A stretch of 64,000 bases of DNA from an uncultured Nitrososphaeraceae archaeon (GTDB taxonomy: Archaea > Thermoproteota > Nitrososphaeria > Nitrososphaerales > Nitrososphaeraceae): positions 106,474 through 170,473 of the forward strand of contig CAWIMJ010000016.1 of assembly GCA_963837175.1 (NCBI GenBank), in the 5' to 3' direction. Below are positions 45,027 through 57,722 of the stretch, piece after piece. The number at the start of each line of letters is the position of its first letter. Positions within the stretch are counted from its first letter, which is position 1. Below the pieces are notes generated by a model. That model saw only the letters and a program-made list of their open reading frames with translations, had not been told where the DNA came from and did not search any database. A program made the position numbers and the translations under genes.

Positions 45027-45830
45027 TCATTCTAAATCAATTATATTGTCTTCAAAGTCTAAAATCTGCTCATTATTCTTTTCACTATCTTCTGCATCTT
45101 CAATATCCCAATAGATGATTGTATCATCATTGTCTTCTGGTTCAGGCTCAGCTTTAGGCTCTGATTCTGGTTGTGGTTCCTCTTCTTTTTTCTCTACCTC
45201 CTTGTCTTCTTCCTCTTCTTGCTTCTGAGTAGATGGTGATGAAGGAAGTGGAGATGGTATTGGAATAGGGACACTACTACCATCACCATTAGTCTGTTCT
45301 TTTTGTTCTTCTGAAGACGTGGTCCTTTCAGAAGAAGAAGCTTTTGTTATTCCTGTAACATTTACCTTATAATAATTTGTTAAATAAGTAGCAGTGGTGT
45401 TGTTATTATTATTATTGCTATCATTATCTAAGCAAGATTTGTGCAGTCAGTTCATTTGTTCCATTTGTAATTGCATGATATGCAGGCGTATACGTAAAAC
45501 TCCAAATAGAATAATCATTTACTCCACCAGGACCTGTTGCTATAGCTTTTTGAAATGGCTTTGTATTATTCCAATCAGCATATACTGTACAATCAGTAGT
45601 TGGATTATCTGTTGATGTTCCTGATATTGTAATTTGACCAACTGGACTTGTTGACCCGTAGTAGGAGATGTAATCTTTATACTTATTACCGGCAGTTGCT
45701 GCTGTTGTAGTAATTGACCATAGATTCCAGTTTGCATCGCAGGGACAAGGGAGATTTCAATTAGCAATAATATTGATAATACAATAACTCTTAATTGTAT
45801 TAGCGTAAATTTAGGGTACATTATATGCAT
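45027..45830 (-). CDS. secreted protein with Ig-like domain and acidic/Pro-rich tail (several apparent indels)
   Basis: Signal peptide like that of the neighbour; IKITSPTTGQQV, ISGTSTD, DCTVYADWN, ATGPGGVNDYS, YYKVNVTG across frames. Confidence 0.6.
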
Positions 45831-45876
45831 CTTCCTAATATAGATGTGATTTAAAATATAGTATCTAGATGTAGAT

Positions 45877-47631
45877 CTACATTAGCACTTGAATATATGT
45901 TGACGCTTTAATATATATGTCCCATAATATCTTACTGCTATTTGCATTTGCTCTGATTTCCACCCATTTTGTATCTCTATTCTCACTCATACTAGTATAG
46001 GGATATTTATCAAGATCATAATGCGTAGAGTTATCCTTAAAAATAGCAATTGGAATCGTATTGTAATATGGATTCAATCGTTGTTGTTGTTACGTCTATT
46101 CTGTATATCATTATTAGTATTATCAGACAGAGAGCGTTTTATCGTATTATCAACAATGAGAATAGCCTTTTCTCCTTCAACAGATAGAGATTTATCGTTA
46201 ACTTTGTCAACCTTTTTAAAATCTAAATCTATGTTATATACATATTTTGGAATCCAGTATAAGCCTCTAGTCCAATGACGACCGATCATGATTGTTGTGC
46301 TATTGTTGTTATTATTATGATGGTCATTGATCTTCTCCTCATTTGATAAGTATTGAACTATAGACGCATATATTTTAAAGTAGGTTGACGTAACATTTGT
46401 TGTTATTAGCATACTGGTGGTTACAATCCCAAAAATCCCTATCCCTGAGATTATAGCGAACGGCATTATTTGCTGAATCTTTTTGTGATTAATTCTAGAG
46501 GATATATCTACTATCATCCTAGCAGCTGCCAATGCAAAATGCTGGCAATAACGGAATCAAATGAAAGAATGAAACGAAATTTATAATGAAAAGGAAAACA
46601 AGAAACGGAACAACCCATAACAACATCAAAAAGTCTCTTTTTACCTCTGCAAAGAAAATCCCAGCAAAGCCAAGAAGAAGCAAAACTGGTTCAATCTGAA
46701 ATAGATATTTTAAAGAGTTCAGAAGCGTGTTACCTACTGCAGAATCAGTACTATTATTGTTTTGTCTGTGTATATTCCATATTACGTCATTTAACCAAAG
46801 ATCAAAATCACCATTGAATATAGCATCGACAGGCCAACTTAGTGGTATTAAAATCACAGGAATAAGCCAAAGACCTACAATCTTCCAATTCTTATTGCTA
46901 GAGGTATAAACAAGATATCCAACTAATGGAATCATAGTAAATATTGGAATTTTTGTAAGAATAGCCAATCCTAAAAAAATGCCTGAAAGTAAAACTAGTA
47001 AAGTGTTTTTGTTTTTTATTATTATTTTCCTCCATTTATTGCTATTGTAGTTTCTTCTTATCTGATCTTTTGATATATATAGTGCCAATAGTATCGATAA
47101 GAGAAGAAAAGGTAGAAGAAGTGATTCTAATAATATCTTTCTTAATACCCATGTTATTGGCATTACTGCAAAGAGAATAGATGCAATTAATGCAACAGTC
47201 CTGTTATTACTATAGCAACGTTCAGCTATTTTGTATACAAGAAAAGTATCCAATATGGCAAGTAATCCTATCAAAACTCTTGGAATAAGATAAAGCATTT
47301 CAATAGAATGTATTGTATTGCCATGAGCAGTAGCAATAATAGTAGCAGTAGAAGAAAGATGCAATGATTCTGGATAACCAATCATTGCTAACATTCCTGC
47401 TAAAAAATATTGTCCAAAATATGGATGATCATATGGATGAGGATAGATGCTACTTTGTTTTTGATGATGACCTAAACCTTCCAATACCTGCATGGTCCTG
47501 TGCATGTATTGCCCCTCAACAACCCATACAGCTGGAAATCCTATAGGGTTCCAAAGATGAGTAAATGCTGAAAGAATCAGAGGTATAGATAGTAAAATTA
47601 TAGATTTATTATGACTGAACTGATTAAACAT
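45877..47631 (-). CDS. GT-C fold glycosyltransferase (PMT/ArnT-like), split by apparent indels
   Basis: EGQY, YDHPYFGQ, multiple TM helices, GLAILTK; three consecutive overlapping ORFs. Confidence 0.8.
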
Positions 47632-47739
47632 GTAGCAAAGATGCTGTGTCAGATAAATTCACGGTTTTTTATACTTTATATGTTTTGTGAAATTAGGATA
47701 TCAGAAATATATTGGTCAGAGATACGTCCTTGTATTAGC

Positions 47740-48522
47740 GATCGTGTTTGGTGATGATGATGTTGTTGTTGTTCTAACCGAATAATTTCTGATAATCTTT
47801 TCTCTTCAGTGCCTTTTGATTTAAGATGTTCTTCATTATTGTTCGTAAATAGAGTAACAAGATTTTTATTCTTATCTGTTCATGCTGTAGATCCATTATT
47901 TTGCACTTTTTCTTTTCACTATTTATAATAAGAGTACATGGCTTTGCTTTGTATTTCTATTTGAGACTTGAAACACAACAACACTATATGTGATGGTCGT
48001 TTCTTAAATTGAAGAATTTACATCCTTTGCAGTACTCTATATCTCATTCAATTGCTGGTAAGTTATTATTTGTAATTTTAGGAAGATTAACCACTTGCTG
48101 TACATCGATACATTTGGTTAATTTGTAAAGGTATAAAAAAATACAATATTATTATATTCTTAATAAAAAAGATTCAGATTTGGTAGTTGTTTTAGCCTCC
48201 AATACTTTTTACAGAATTTAGTTGTCTATGACTTTCTTAGGTTTAATTCAACAACTACTTCTAATGGAATCTTACCTTCAGAAAAGAGTTTTATGCGTAA
48301 GTTGAAAGAGATAGCTGTTGTTCTACATCTTGCTTTTTCTCTTAACGTTGTTGTTCATCTCCTTTGGATCCTTCATTCTTTTCTTCAAATGTTATATTCA
48401 CAATAACTCCTATATCTCTAAATGACATCCTAGCCTCTTTTGCTGATCTCATGTTTGGTTTCATCTTGATTGTAAAAGTCTAGCACAAGTCTTTCTCTTT
48501 CTTGTCTTGTTGTTGTAGACAT
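47740..48522 (-). pseudogene. degraded HTH/coiled-coil protein of a type I recall as multicopy in Nitrososphaeraceae
   Basis: MSTTTRQERERLVLDFYNQ...AKEARMSFRDIGVI...KLFSEGKIPLEV fragments with many shifts and stops; left end approximate. Confidence 0.6.
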
Positions 48523-49047
48523 TGTCTTTTACTATTGTATTTAATTTAATTATTCTTACTGAAGCTGTACTAAATGTTATGAAGAATTTCTAAAGCAAAC
48601 AAATTAAAAAGATACAGAAAATAACAGAGCTGCCTACTAAGCCAAAGAAATGTCTCATTAGATAATGAAGATACCAATCATCATGTGGGGGTCAACTTAT
48701 ACATGGAGTTGTTAGTTCATTTAAACTCATGCTCTATCACACCTCGACCAAATATGCAAGTACCTACTGATTGTTTTTAGCCTTCAGGACAACAATTAGA
48801 AAATTGAGAACAAGAATAAAAAATTACAACCACTTTAATATAAGTTGTTATTAAGGAGATTCCTAATCTACTGTTGTAGCTCATTTCTTGTTATTGTTTT
48901 TAATTAAATTTTTCATACTAAAAATATACTTAAGTATAGATATTGGTAGATGCGAATACAAACAGATCTTTAACTCATTAGTATACACATAAATGTGTTA
49001 GGTCATCCTAACCTTATCGTATCTTTTTAAGATACCTATCTATTTAC

Positions 49048-49747
49048 GGCTCTGTTCACTTAATTTTTTCTTTAATAAGCATTCTATTATGCAAATAAAC
49101 AAACTGATTCATCATCCAATTGCTAACATGATGTCCTAGTTTACAGTTATCTCTTTTTCTACATGGAAAATAATCATCAAAACATTCTGTTCTATCTTTA
49201 AAGTATTGAACTGTTCTCTCAATTATGCTTCTGTCATGGTATGAGTGAAATGATGATGTTTTATCTTTGCAAATTTACAAGCATATGGATACCATGTCCC
49301 ACCACTATATCAGTAGAAACTGGGTGCTTTCCATATCTTCTAACTAATTCTTGTAGAAACCGTTCCGGCAACAAGTATGCTTCTCTCAAAAGAAATTCTA
49401 ATACCTAGAATCAGCTTATCTATTGGCTCAATGGCAATCCATAACCATGCATAGTGATTGCCAACTTTAAGTAGTGTTTCATCTATATTATAAATTCAGA
49501 TACTTTTCTCTTATTCTGAAGTATCTTTTTTGGTTTGAAGCGTTGAATCCAATTCCATATCGAAACATGATTCCTTTTTATAAATGGAAACAGGTGTTCT
49601 GATGCTCTTCTGAGTGAAAGGCCTGAAAAGTATAGTAGATGTAGTAGTGCATAGTAGATATACTTTGAAGATGTTCTATTTCTTTTGAGTAGCATAATAG
49701 GGATAAGATACTTTCAGCTATAGATTTAACATTAAGTGAACAGAGCC
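49048..49747 (-). mobile_element. IS6-family insertion sequence with inactivated transposase
   Basis: 17-bp perfect TIRs GGCTCTGTTCACTTAAT (49048-49064 / 49731-49747); perfect 8-bp TSD CTATTTAC; GLSLR, RNHVSIWNWIQ, DET, WLWIAIEP, IERTVQYFKDRTECFDDYFPC. Confidence 0.95.
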
Positions 49748-49874
49748 CTATTTACACAATAAAACCTTAATAATTTTGTCTTCCTCTATCATATTAGCTA
49801 TCATTATTCATCACGGATCTAAATAAATGAATTACATCGATATTCATTTTTAAGCGTAGTGTTTTAACTCAAAC

Positions 49875-51104
49875 CTATAATAAGAGAGTAATAAAGCAGG
49901 CTTCTGGTCTGCATGCAAGCATAACGTTAGAGTTATGCAAGTATATCTCATTCGCTATCTCCTCCGCCGCCACTATCTCCTCCTCCGCCACTATCTCCTC
50001 CTGCCGCCGACTATCTCCTCCGCCGTCCGCCGCTCTTTCCACTCTTCCCGCTATCGCCACTCTTCCCGCTATCTCCTTCGTCGTCGCTATCTGTATCGCC
50101 AGTATCTGTATCTGTATCGCCAGTATCTGTATCAGTAGTTATAGTATCTGTATCAGTAGTTATAGTATCTGTATCAGTAGTTATAGTATCTGTATCAGTA
50201 GTTATAGTATCTGTATCAGTAGTTATAGTATCTGTATCAGTAGTTATAGTATCTGTATCAGTAGTTATAGTATCTGTATCAGTAGTTATAGTATCTGTAT
50301 CAGTAGTCGTGTATTTGCAGCTTTCTTAACACCTATATCTACAGCTTCCTTTACACTTTTACCTTCATGTAGTGCTTGCGACATACCCGCTGAAAATGTT
50401 GGTACAGCATCATAATGACCTAGTCCTTCTTGCTCATCAATATGGTCAGCGGCAATCTTCATTTCTTCAGGTTTCAATGCCATCATATCTAAATCCGGAA
50501 GAGGATTTTTTCCTTCCAAAGAATCTTGATTAGCCACATAATTCATGGCTCTTGTAATGGAAGCTTGGTCGGCGCCAGTTTCCATAGCTATCTTGTGTGC
50601 AGCCTTGTCTATGCGCTGCTTTATTACCGGTGTTTCAGCTGCTTCTAGATGACTGGCTATCTGTACTAATGCGTTTGGTCCAGGTATACCTCTGGCTATC
50701 AGTTGTGCTCCTTGTTTTATAACTTGAGTAAATGCCACCTTATCAACTGTTTGTTTTGCAATATGTAATAATGCTTGTGATACTGGGCCTGTTGGAGATG
50801 AAGTTATCTGTGATTGTATCTCAGTAATTGTTTGCATAGCTTTAAATTTATCCAAGGTCTGGGCTGCTGTTTGCTGAGCTAATTGTATAAGTATCTGTTG
50901 TATATGCACTAAATCAGTACCTGGATTTGAATTTGCCACTTGTTGTGACATCTGTTTAATTATCTGGCCTATACCAACTGTCTCCTGCGCAGAAGCTGGC
51001 ATATGCAGTGTTGAAATGAGAGATATTTTAGTCAATAATATTACTAATAATGCAAAAACTCCTAGTACAGATATCTCTCTTCTAGTGTGCAAACGTATGT
51101 GCAT
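49875..51104 (-). CDS. secreted Gln-rich protein, paralogue of 43589-44921, with Thr/Asp and Gly/Asp/Ser repeat tail (apparent indel ~50310)
   Basis: Signal peptide ending ASA; QIIKQMSQQVANSNPGT matches QIIKQIAQQVATANPGT; tail TTDTDTI repeats then GGGDS repeats; 3' end uncertain. Confidence 0.7.
50122..50307. repeat. 21-bp perfect tandem repeat, 8 full copies plus 18 bp (AGTATCTGTATCAGTAGTTAT)
   Basis: Units start at 50122, 50143 ... 50290; no spacers. Confidence 0.95.
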
Positions 51105-51615
51105 ACGTATGTATATTTAATAAGGATATTGTTTATAAGAATATTTATAAGGATACTAGATGAAAGATTTATTTTCTCTTTATAATAATTACCTAAAAAT
51201 TTTAGCTAGCTAATATTTCAGCAATTTAAAGTTTTATTGTAGTAATGCTCGCTTTTTATTTGTATGATATACTGCCTAACATAATTTTGTATATCTTTTA
51301 AAACCAAGTAAAAGGATTTTTTAAGCATAGTAAACCTTACATATTAAGAAAAATCTGTGAACGAACTTTTGTTAGTTAGTATATTTGACTTAACTTGAAT
51401 ATTTTTTCGAAAATAATTTAATGATATTTCTTTGTCATGGTCTGATATCTAAATAAATGCCTATAAGTTATACGATCAAGTTCAAGAGTTTTATCGATAT
51501 TCCTATTGTAATCATATATCGTTTAATATAATTTTGTAGTGTCTCATGTATATATTTGCTATAATTACATGACGAAAACATAAAATATATTATAAACACA
51601 CATTACAAAACCATT

Positions 51616-52704
51616 GTGGGCTGGTTAGATGAGCCTGGTGCTATTGTAGCAATAGTTGAGCAATAATTGCATTAGTTTCGTCAGTGATTACTGCAATCAT
51701 AACTGCTATTTTTACAAAGAAAAATGAAATGAGACTTAAACATTTAGAAAATGAACTGGCTGAAAAAAAAGCAGAACACGATGCACGTAGAGATTATGAA
51801 TATGAAGCTAGAAAGAGACTTTACCAAGAATGTGAACCTATACTCTTTCAATTTGCAGAATTATCAGAAAGTGCACTTAGACGAATTTATGCACTAGCCA
51901 GAAATGCTAAGGATGGAAATTTAGGTCCTGATAGATATTGGCTTTCTACAGATCATTATTTTATAAGATCAACAATATATCGGTTAATCGCTCCAATGGC
52001 AGCATTTAAACTTCTCCAGCATAGACTGACAAATATAGATCTAAAATTAGATAGATCTATTAATATTCAATATATCCTTGCCAAGATTCTGTATTACACA
52101 TTTTCTAGTTCTCCAGATCTGGCTAGAAGTGATCCTGCTATTCCTTATGATCCTGATCAAATAGGAGCTGAATCAAAAGAGTTTGGAGGAATCTGCAAAG
52201 AGAGAAAGGAGAGCCAAATATCCTGAAAAGTTTTGGTTACAAGGTCTTAAGGTAGGAACAATAGATATACTAGCTGAGACATTAATTGTGTCTGAAAAAG
52301 GAGGTGATTATAATAATAGTCGGATAAAAAGCTTCGGTGAGTTTGAACAGCAATTCTTTAAAAAAAGCGATAATATCGCATCTCAAAACAATAATACATT
52401 TGAGGTATTCTTTACTATTTTTTCATATTTTCATCCTCGAACTAGACCTGTGCTCTGGCGAGTATTAATAACTCAGGCATATCTATACAATGCTATAAAA
52501 AATATACGTAATACTGAGGAAGAATTCAATATTAGCAACTATGATGAATTTGTGAAACTCTTTGAAATAGAAAAGGTAAAATCGAAATGTAATTGGATAC
52601 AGTCCCATGAAGTAGTAACGGATGAAGAATTTAACATACCATTTAAGGCTGCAGAAAACTATCTTAAAACACAATTAACAGATGTGCTTGACTTAATAAA
52701 GTAA
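51616..52704 (+). CDS. hypothetical protein with N-terminal TM and coiled coil (two apparent indels)
   Basis: GTG at 51616, hydrophobic AIVAIV/AIIALVSSVITAIITAIF; ORFs 51684-52226 and 52183-52704 overlap out of frame. Confidence 0.65.
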
Positions 52705-52970
52705 GAACAATTACAAAAGAATAATATAATAAAAAATCAGAATTGATTTTTATCATTTAAGATAAGCTTATCTCTAAAACTTAAAGATCATAATCTCCTG
52801 AAGTAAGGCAATTGCTTATCAATACACAAATGTGATGTAAGAGAATTCATGGTTAGGGTAAATCATTTATTGATGGTTTATAGCAATGACAAAATAGTCT
52901 ATTAGACCGTATATGATATCAAATTCCATGATATATTTATTTTACTCCAATACAGATTTGATTTACAAAT

Positions 52971-53893
52971 ATGGGATTAAGTGAGGAGGATTGGGAAGAA
53001 TTACTTTATGCAATCAAAGACAAGAAATGTACGCCATTTATAGGGGCAGGAGCTTGTGCTCCATGGCTTCCTCTTGGTAAAGATGTAGCCAGAGATTGGG
53101 CAGAGAAACATAACTATCCTTTAGAAGATTCATACCAACTATCAAGAGTTGCTCAATTTTTGGCAATAGAAAAGGGAAATGATTTGTATCCAAAAAATGT
53201 TCTTAGCAGGCTACTTAAAGAAAAAGAACCACCTGATTTCTCTTTAGAAGAACATAGAAATACTCCATATGCTGTTCTAGCTGATCTTAATCTGCCCATC
53301 TATATCACTACAAATTATGATCAATTTATGGAGGCAGCTTTGAAAAGTAAAGGAAAAGAACCTGTAAGTGAGTTTTGTAGATGGAATAATTATGCAGATG
53401 CAGCTGGAATTGAATCTAAACTATTCAAAAAATCTAAATACCAACCAACAGTATCTCAACCATCTAATTTATCATCTTCATGGAGATATAAATACACCTC
53501 AATCCATGGTTTTAACTGAGAATGATTATATTGATTTTATAGTGAGCTCTTAGTAGAGGAGATGATGACAATTCTATACTACCTCCTATTATAAGAAGAA
53601 CTTTTGCAGATACGATCTTATTATTCGTTGGTTATAGCTTAGAAGACATAAACTTTCGTATTATATTCCGTAACATAATTGAAAATTTAGGTGTAAGATT
53701 CCAATTAAGAAGTATAGCAGTTCTTTTACCACCAAAACATCACTCAGACGATAAGATGATAGACCAAGCACAAAAGTATTTAGATCAATACACAAAAAAT
53801 ATGTTCAAGATCCATGTCTATTGGGGATATGCTTCAGAATTTTCAGCAGAGTTACGTAACCGTTGGGATAGATTTAGAAATGCTAAGAAATAA
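52971..53893 (+). CDS. SIR2-like domain protein (SIR2_2 type), copy A (two apparent indels ~53462 and ~53550)
   Basis: PFIGAGA, ITTNYD, YHLHGD, VLTENDY, LLFVGYSLEDINFR. Confidence 0.85.
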
Positions 53894-54294
53894 GTAAACT
53901 ACTCGAAGTTAAGGAAATAGAAGATGTAAGATTGAAAAAGTTCAGCTATTGTAATATTACAATATAACTATAGATGAATCTTGAAGGATACAGAACAAAT
54001 AAACCATCAATTGACCATACTATATAGCTAGAAAATAAATTAGAAACACAAGAAAAAATTATTGAGGTACGTCTTAGAATGTTAATAAGACATTATTTGT
54101 CTTTATCCCTATTAATCATAATCAGCGGTACTCTTACTATTATTTTTCATCAAATCTATGTTTTGTTATTAAGAAAAAAATAAATCATTACTTTTTTTCT
54201 AATTGCAATTATGTTACATTATTTTAGATGGTATAAGTTATCATTAAGACAGTACAGCCGGGATTTTTGAAGAAATGTTTAAATCTTGAAGTTA

Positions 54295-57200
54295 TCAGAA
54301 GTTTAACACAAATTTACTATTGATCTGTTTTATTTGGTTTGTTGTAGCATTTATAGGAGTGACAGAATCAGAGGCAGAGCTGACTACATATACAATATTT
54401 GTTTTTGGATTAGCGTCTATATATTCAGAACTTCTAACATGGATTAATGGAATATCATCTACTACTTTGTTTGTTTTACCATCTATGACAGAGACAGAGC
54501 CAGATGTAATTCCAGTAACTTGGATTATAGCTAGAGCCTGCTACATATATCATGTTTGTTTGTGGATTAATAGATATGTCAGAAGCAGCTGCTGATCTAA
54601 TGTAATATCATCTACTACTTTGTTTGTTTTACCATCTATAACATAGAGACAGAGACTGATATCCTAATACATATATCATGTTTGTTTGTGGATTAATAGA
54701 TATATCAGAAGCAGGCTGATCTAATGTAATATTATCTACTACTTTGTTTGTTTTACCATCTATGACAGAGACAGAGCCAGAGAACTAGAGCTAGAGTTAG
54801 AGCCTGCTGCATATATCATGTTTGTTTGTGGATTGATAGATATGTCAGAAGCCTGCTGATTAATGTAATATTATCTACTACTTTGTTTGTTTTACCATCT
54901 ATGACAGAAATAGAGTCAGACTATATCCTAATACATATATCATGTTTGTTTGTGGATTAATAGATATATCATAAGCAGGCTGACCTAATACCTCAGGAGT
55001 AGACTGACCTAATGTAATATCATCTACTACTTTGTTTGTTTTACCATCTATGACAGAGACAGAGTCAGAGACAGAGCTAGAGTTAGAGCCTACTGCATAT
55101 ATCATGTTTGTTTGTGGATTGATAGATATGTCAGAAGGTTTCTTTATTCTAATATTATCTACTACTTTGTTTGTTTTACCATCTATAACAGACAGAGAGT
55201 CAGACTTTAAGTTATCCACATATATCATGTTTGTTTGTGGATTAATAGATATCTCAGAAGGTTCTTCGCCTACTTTGATTCCAGGTGGCTCAGGTCCTGC
55301 AATACTTGCTTCTATTCTATTCGCCATACCGTTTATAATATAGACAGTATTAGAATCAAAATCAGATACATATATCATGTTTGTTTGTGGATTAATAGAT
55401 AAATCAATTATGTTTTTGTCTACCGAAATATCAACAACCATTGTCTTTGTTTTACCATCTATAACATAGACAGAGTCAGAGCCTGCTGCATATATCATGT
55501 TTGTTTGTGGATTAATAGATATGTCAGAAGCAGGCTGATCTAATGTAATATCATCTACTACTTTGTTTGTTTTACCATCTATAACAGACAGAGCCAGATG
55601 TAATTCCAGAATTGGATTATAGTTAGAGCCTGCCATATATCATGTTTGTTTGTGGATTGATAGATATCTCAGAAGCAGGCTGAATCTAATGTGATATCAT
55701 CTACTACTTTGTTTGTTTTACCATCTATGACAGAGACAGAGTCAGAGAAGGAGCTGGAGTTATGCCTACTGCATATATCATGTTTGTTTGTGGATTAATA
55801 GATATGTAAGAACGACTCTTATTTAGTAGTATAATATCATCTATTACTTTGTTTGTTTTACCATCTATAACATAGACAGAGTCAGAGAAATGAGCTGGAG
55901 TTATATGCCTACTGCATATATCATGTTTGTTTGTGGATTAACAGATAAATCTATTATGGTTTTTTCTACCGGAATATCATCTACTACTTTGTTTGTTTTA
56001 GCATCTATAACAATAGACAGAATTGACGAGTTATAGCCTGCTGCATATATCATGTTTGTTTGTGGATTAATAGATATGTCAGAAGCAGGCTGATCTAATG
56101 TAATATTATCTACTACTTTGTTTGTTTTACCATCTATGACAGAGACAGCAAGTCAGAGCCTGTTACATATATCATGTTTGTTTGTGGATTAACAGATATC
56201 TAAGAAGGAGTTCGACCAAGAAGAATAGCTTCAGAATGAGTAAAAGGATTGAAGAAAAAGAAAACGATCATAGATACTGCAATTGCAACAACGGCAATAG
56301 AAGGAATTATAATCATTCGGTGGCGCCTAGATTTCCTGTTTCTTTCATATTCTTTCCATTTTAGATTAGAAGCTTTAATTGGTCCAATAAGCCGATCGTG
56401 TGTTATTTCATACCATTTAGCGCCAGAACGTCGTTCTGCTCTGATGAGATATTTACTTTCTAAAATACTGATTACTTTATCAATCTTCTCTTCACTTATT
56501 GATTTATTGATTCCTTGAATAAACTGAGCGAATGCTCCCCTGTGTACAAATGCTCTAGTTCCGCTGGAAGTAATTAATTTTTCTTCGCATAATCTTCTAA
56601 CAATGCCTTCGCTTACATTAGTGTGCGTCGTTGCATCATAAATGGATCTCTCATAAAATTCTTGTAATGCACTATCAACATCTGCTAAAGCTTTAAGACG
56701 AGATTGAGCAGTTTGGGGTTTTCCTAAAGATATTTCCTGCCACCATCTTTGGCAAACTATTTGAAGATGAATTGGTTCTACAAATTCGCCATTTATTTGA
56801 TGCGGTTTGCCACTAAAAGGATCCTCTACTTGTATCTTCAAAAGCTCTTCAACTAACATTTCTATTTGAATATCTATTTCTTGTTCAGAGTAATTTTTTA
56901 AAGTACTGTTGCTTAAGCCTTTGAGTGGACCTTTAATTGCTAATAAGAGCAGCATCCTTTCCCAAACGCTCCAGTCTGAATCTTGCTCTCAATCTACCAG
57001 GAAGAATTCCTGCAAAGTGATCGAGTTCAGCTAAATAATCTTCTCTAATAACAAATACAATTCGTAACAAAGGGTTTTCTTCCAACGCCTCTGTAATTTG
57101 CTCAAAAAAGTCCTCTTGCTGTTTTCTCCATGTAGTACCCGGATAGAAATTGAATAATTCCTCGAGTTGATCAAATACAAGTGCCTGGGCTTTGATCTTG

Positions 57201-57682
57201 TTATTTTTGTTATTGTCATTAGTAATAGGAAAATAATCTTTCAAAAATGAAGAGAGGCGTCTGTTCAAGAATAATAATTTAGAATCAATTTCTGGACTTA
57301 GACTTTGAAGAGCATTGAGCATGTAGGAATTTATTACTTCTACGACTGATGACGAAGACGAAGACGATGATATATTAATATTCATAACGAGAGGATCGAA
57401 TTCTGATTTGGTATCAGAAGCAATACCGACCCTGGCAGTAGGTAAAACTTGAAATCCATACTTTTCTAATGTAGGAGCAACTTTAGCGTTAAATATGGAT
57501 GTCTTTCCAGCTCCCGATTGAGCATATATCAAAACGAGTTTGTGGCCAAGAATAAGTGATACAATCTCATCAGTTTCATCGTCTCGGCCAAAGAATCGTT
57601 TTTGGTCTTCAATATCTCGCTTAAATGGACGTGGTCCAATATATGGATCAATTATTATTTGTTGCTTTCTTTCAGTATTCAT
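54295..57682 (-). CDS. nSTAND1-type NTPase - transmembrane helix - 14 YVTN-type beta-propeller blades (multiple apparent indels)
   Basis: PYIGPRPF, FFGRD, Walker A AQSGAGKTS, Walker B LVFDQLEELF, IREDYL, PIHLQIVC, YEITHDRLI, TM IIIPSIAVVAIAVSMIVFFFF, then SDISINPQTNMIY/SVIDGKTNKVV repeats. Confidence 0.85.
54330..56205 (-). repeat. 14 YVTN-type repeats (~120-160 bp) with very high DNA identity in strand-coding parts
   Basis: catgtttgtttgtggatt occurs 13 times between 54551 and 56190, plus a degenerate copy at ~54393. Confidence 0.92.
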
Positions 57683-57722
57683 AATGTAAAAATCATCATT
57701 TCTATCACTTATTGCTAAGCTA

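Noticed and set aside
50122-50307. 21-bp array as a CRISPR array
   Set aside because: Head-to-tail copies with no spacers, length a multiple of 3, encodes TTDTDTI in a secreted protein; no cas genes in the window.
54330-56205. Conserved repeats with variable intervening sequence as CRISPR or a DGR
   Set aside because: Two alternating conserved blocks translate to YVTN strands; no reverse transcriptase and no adenine-specific template/variable repeat pair is evident.
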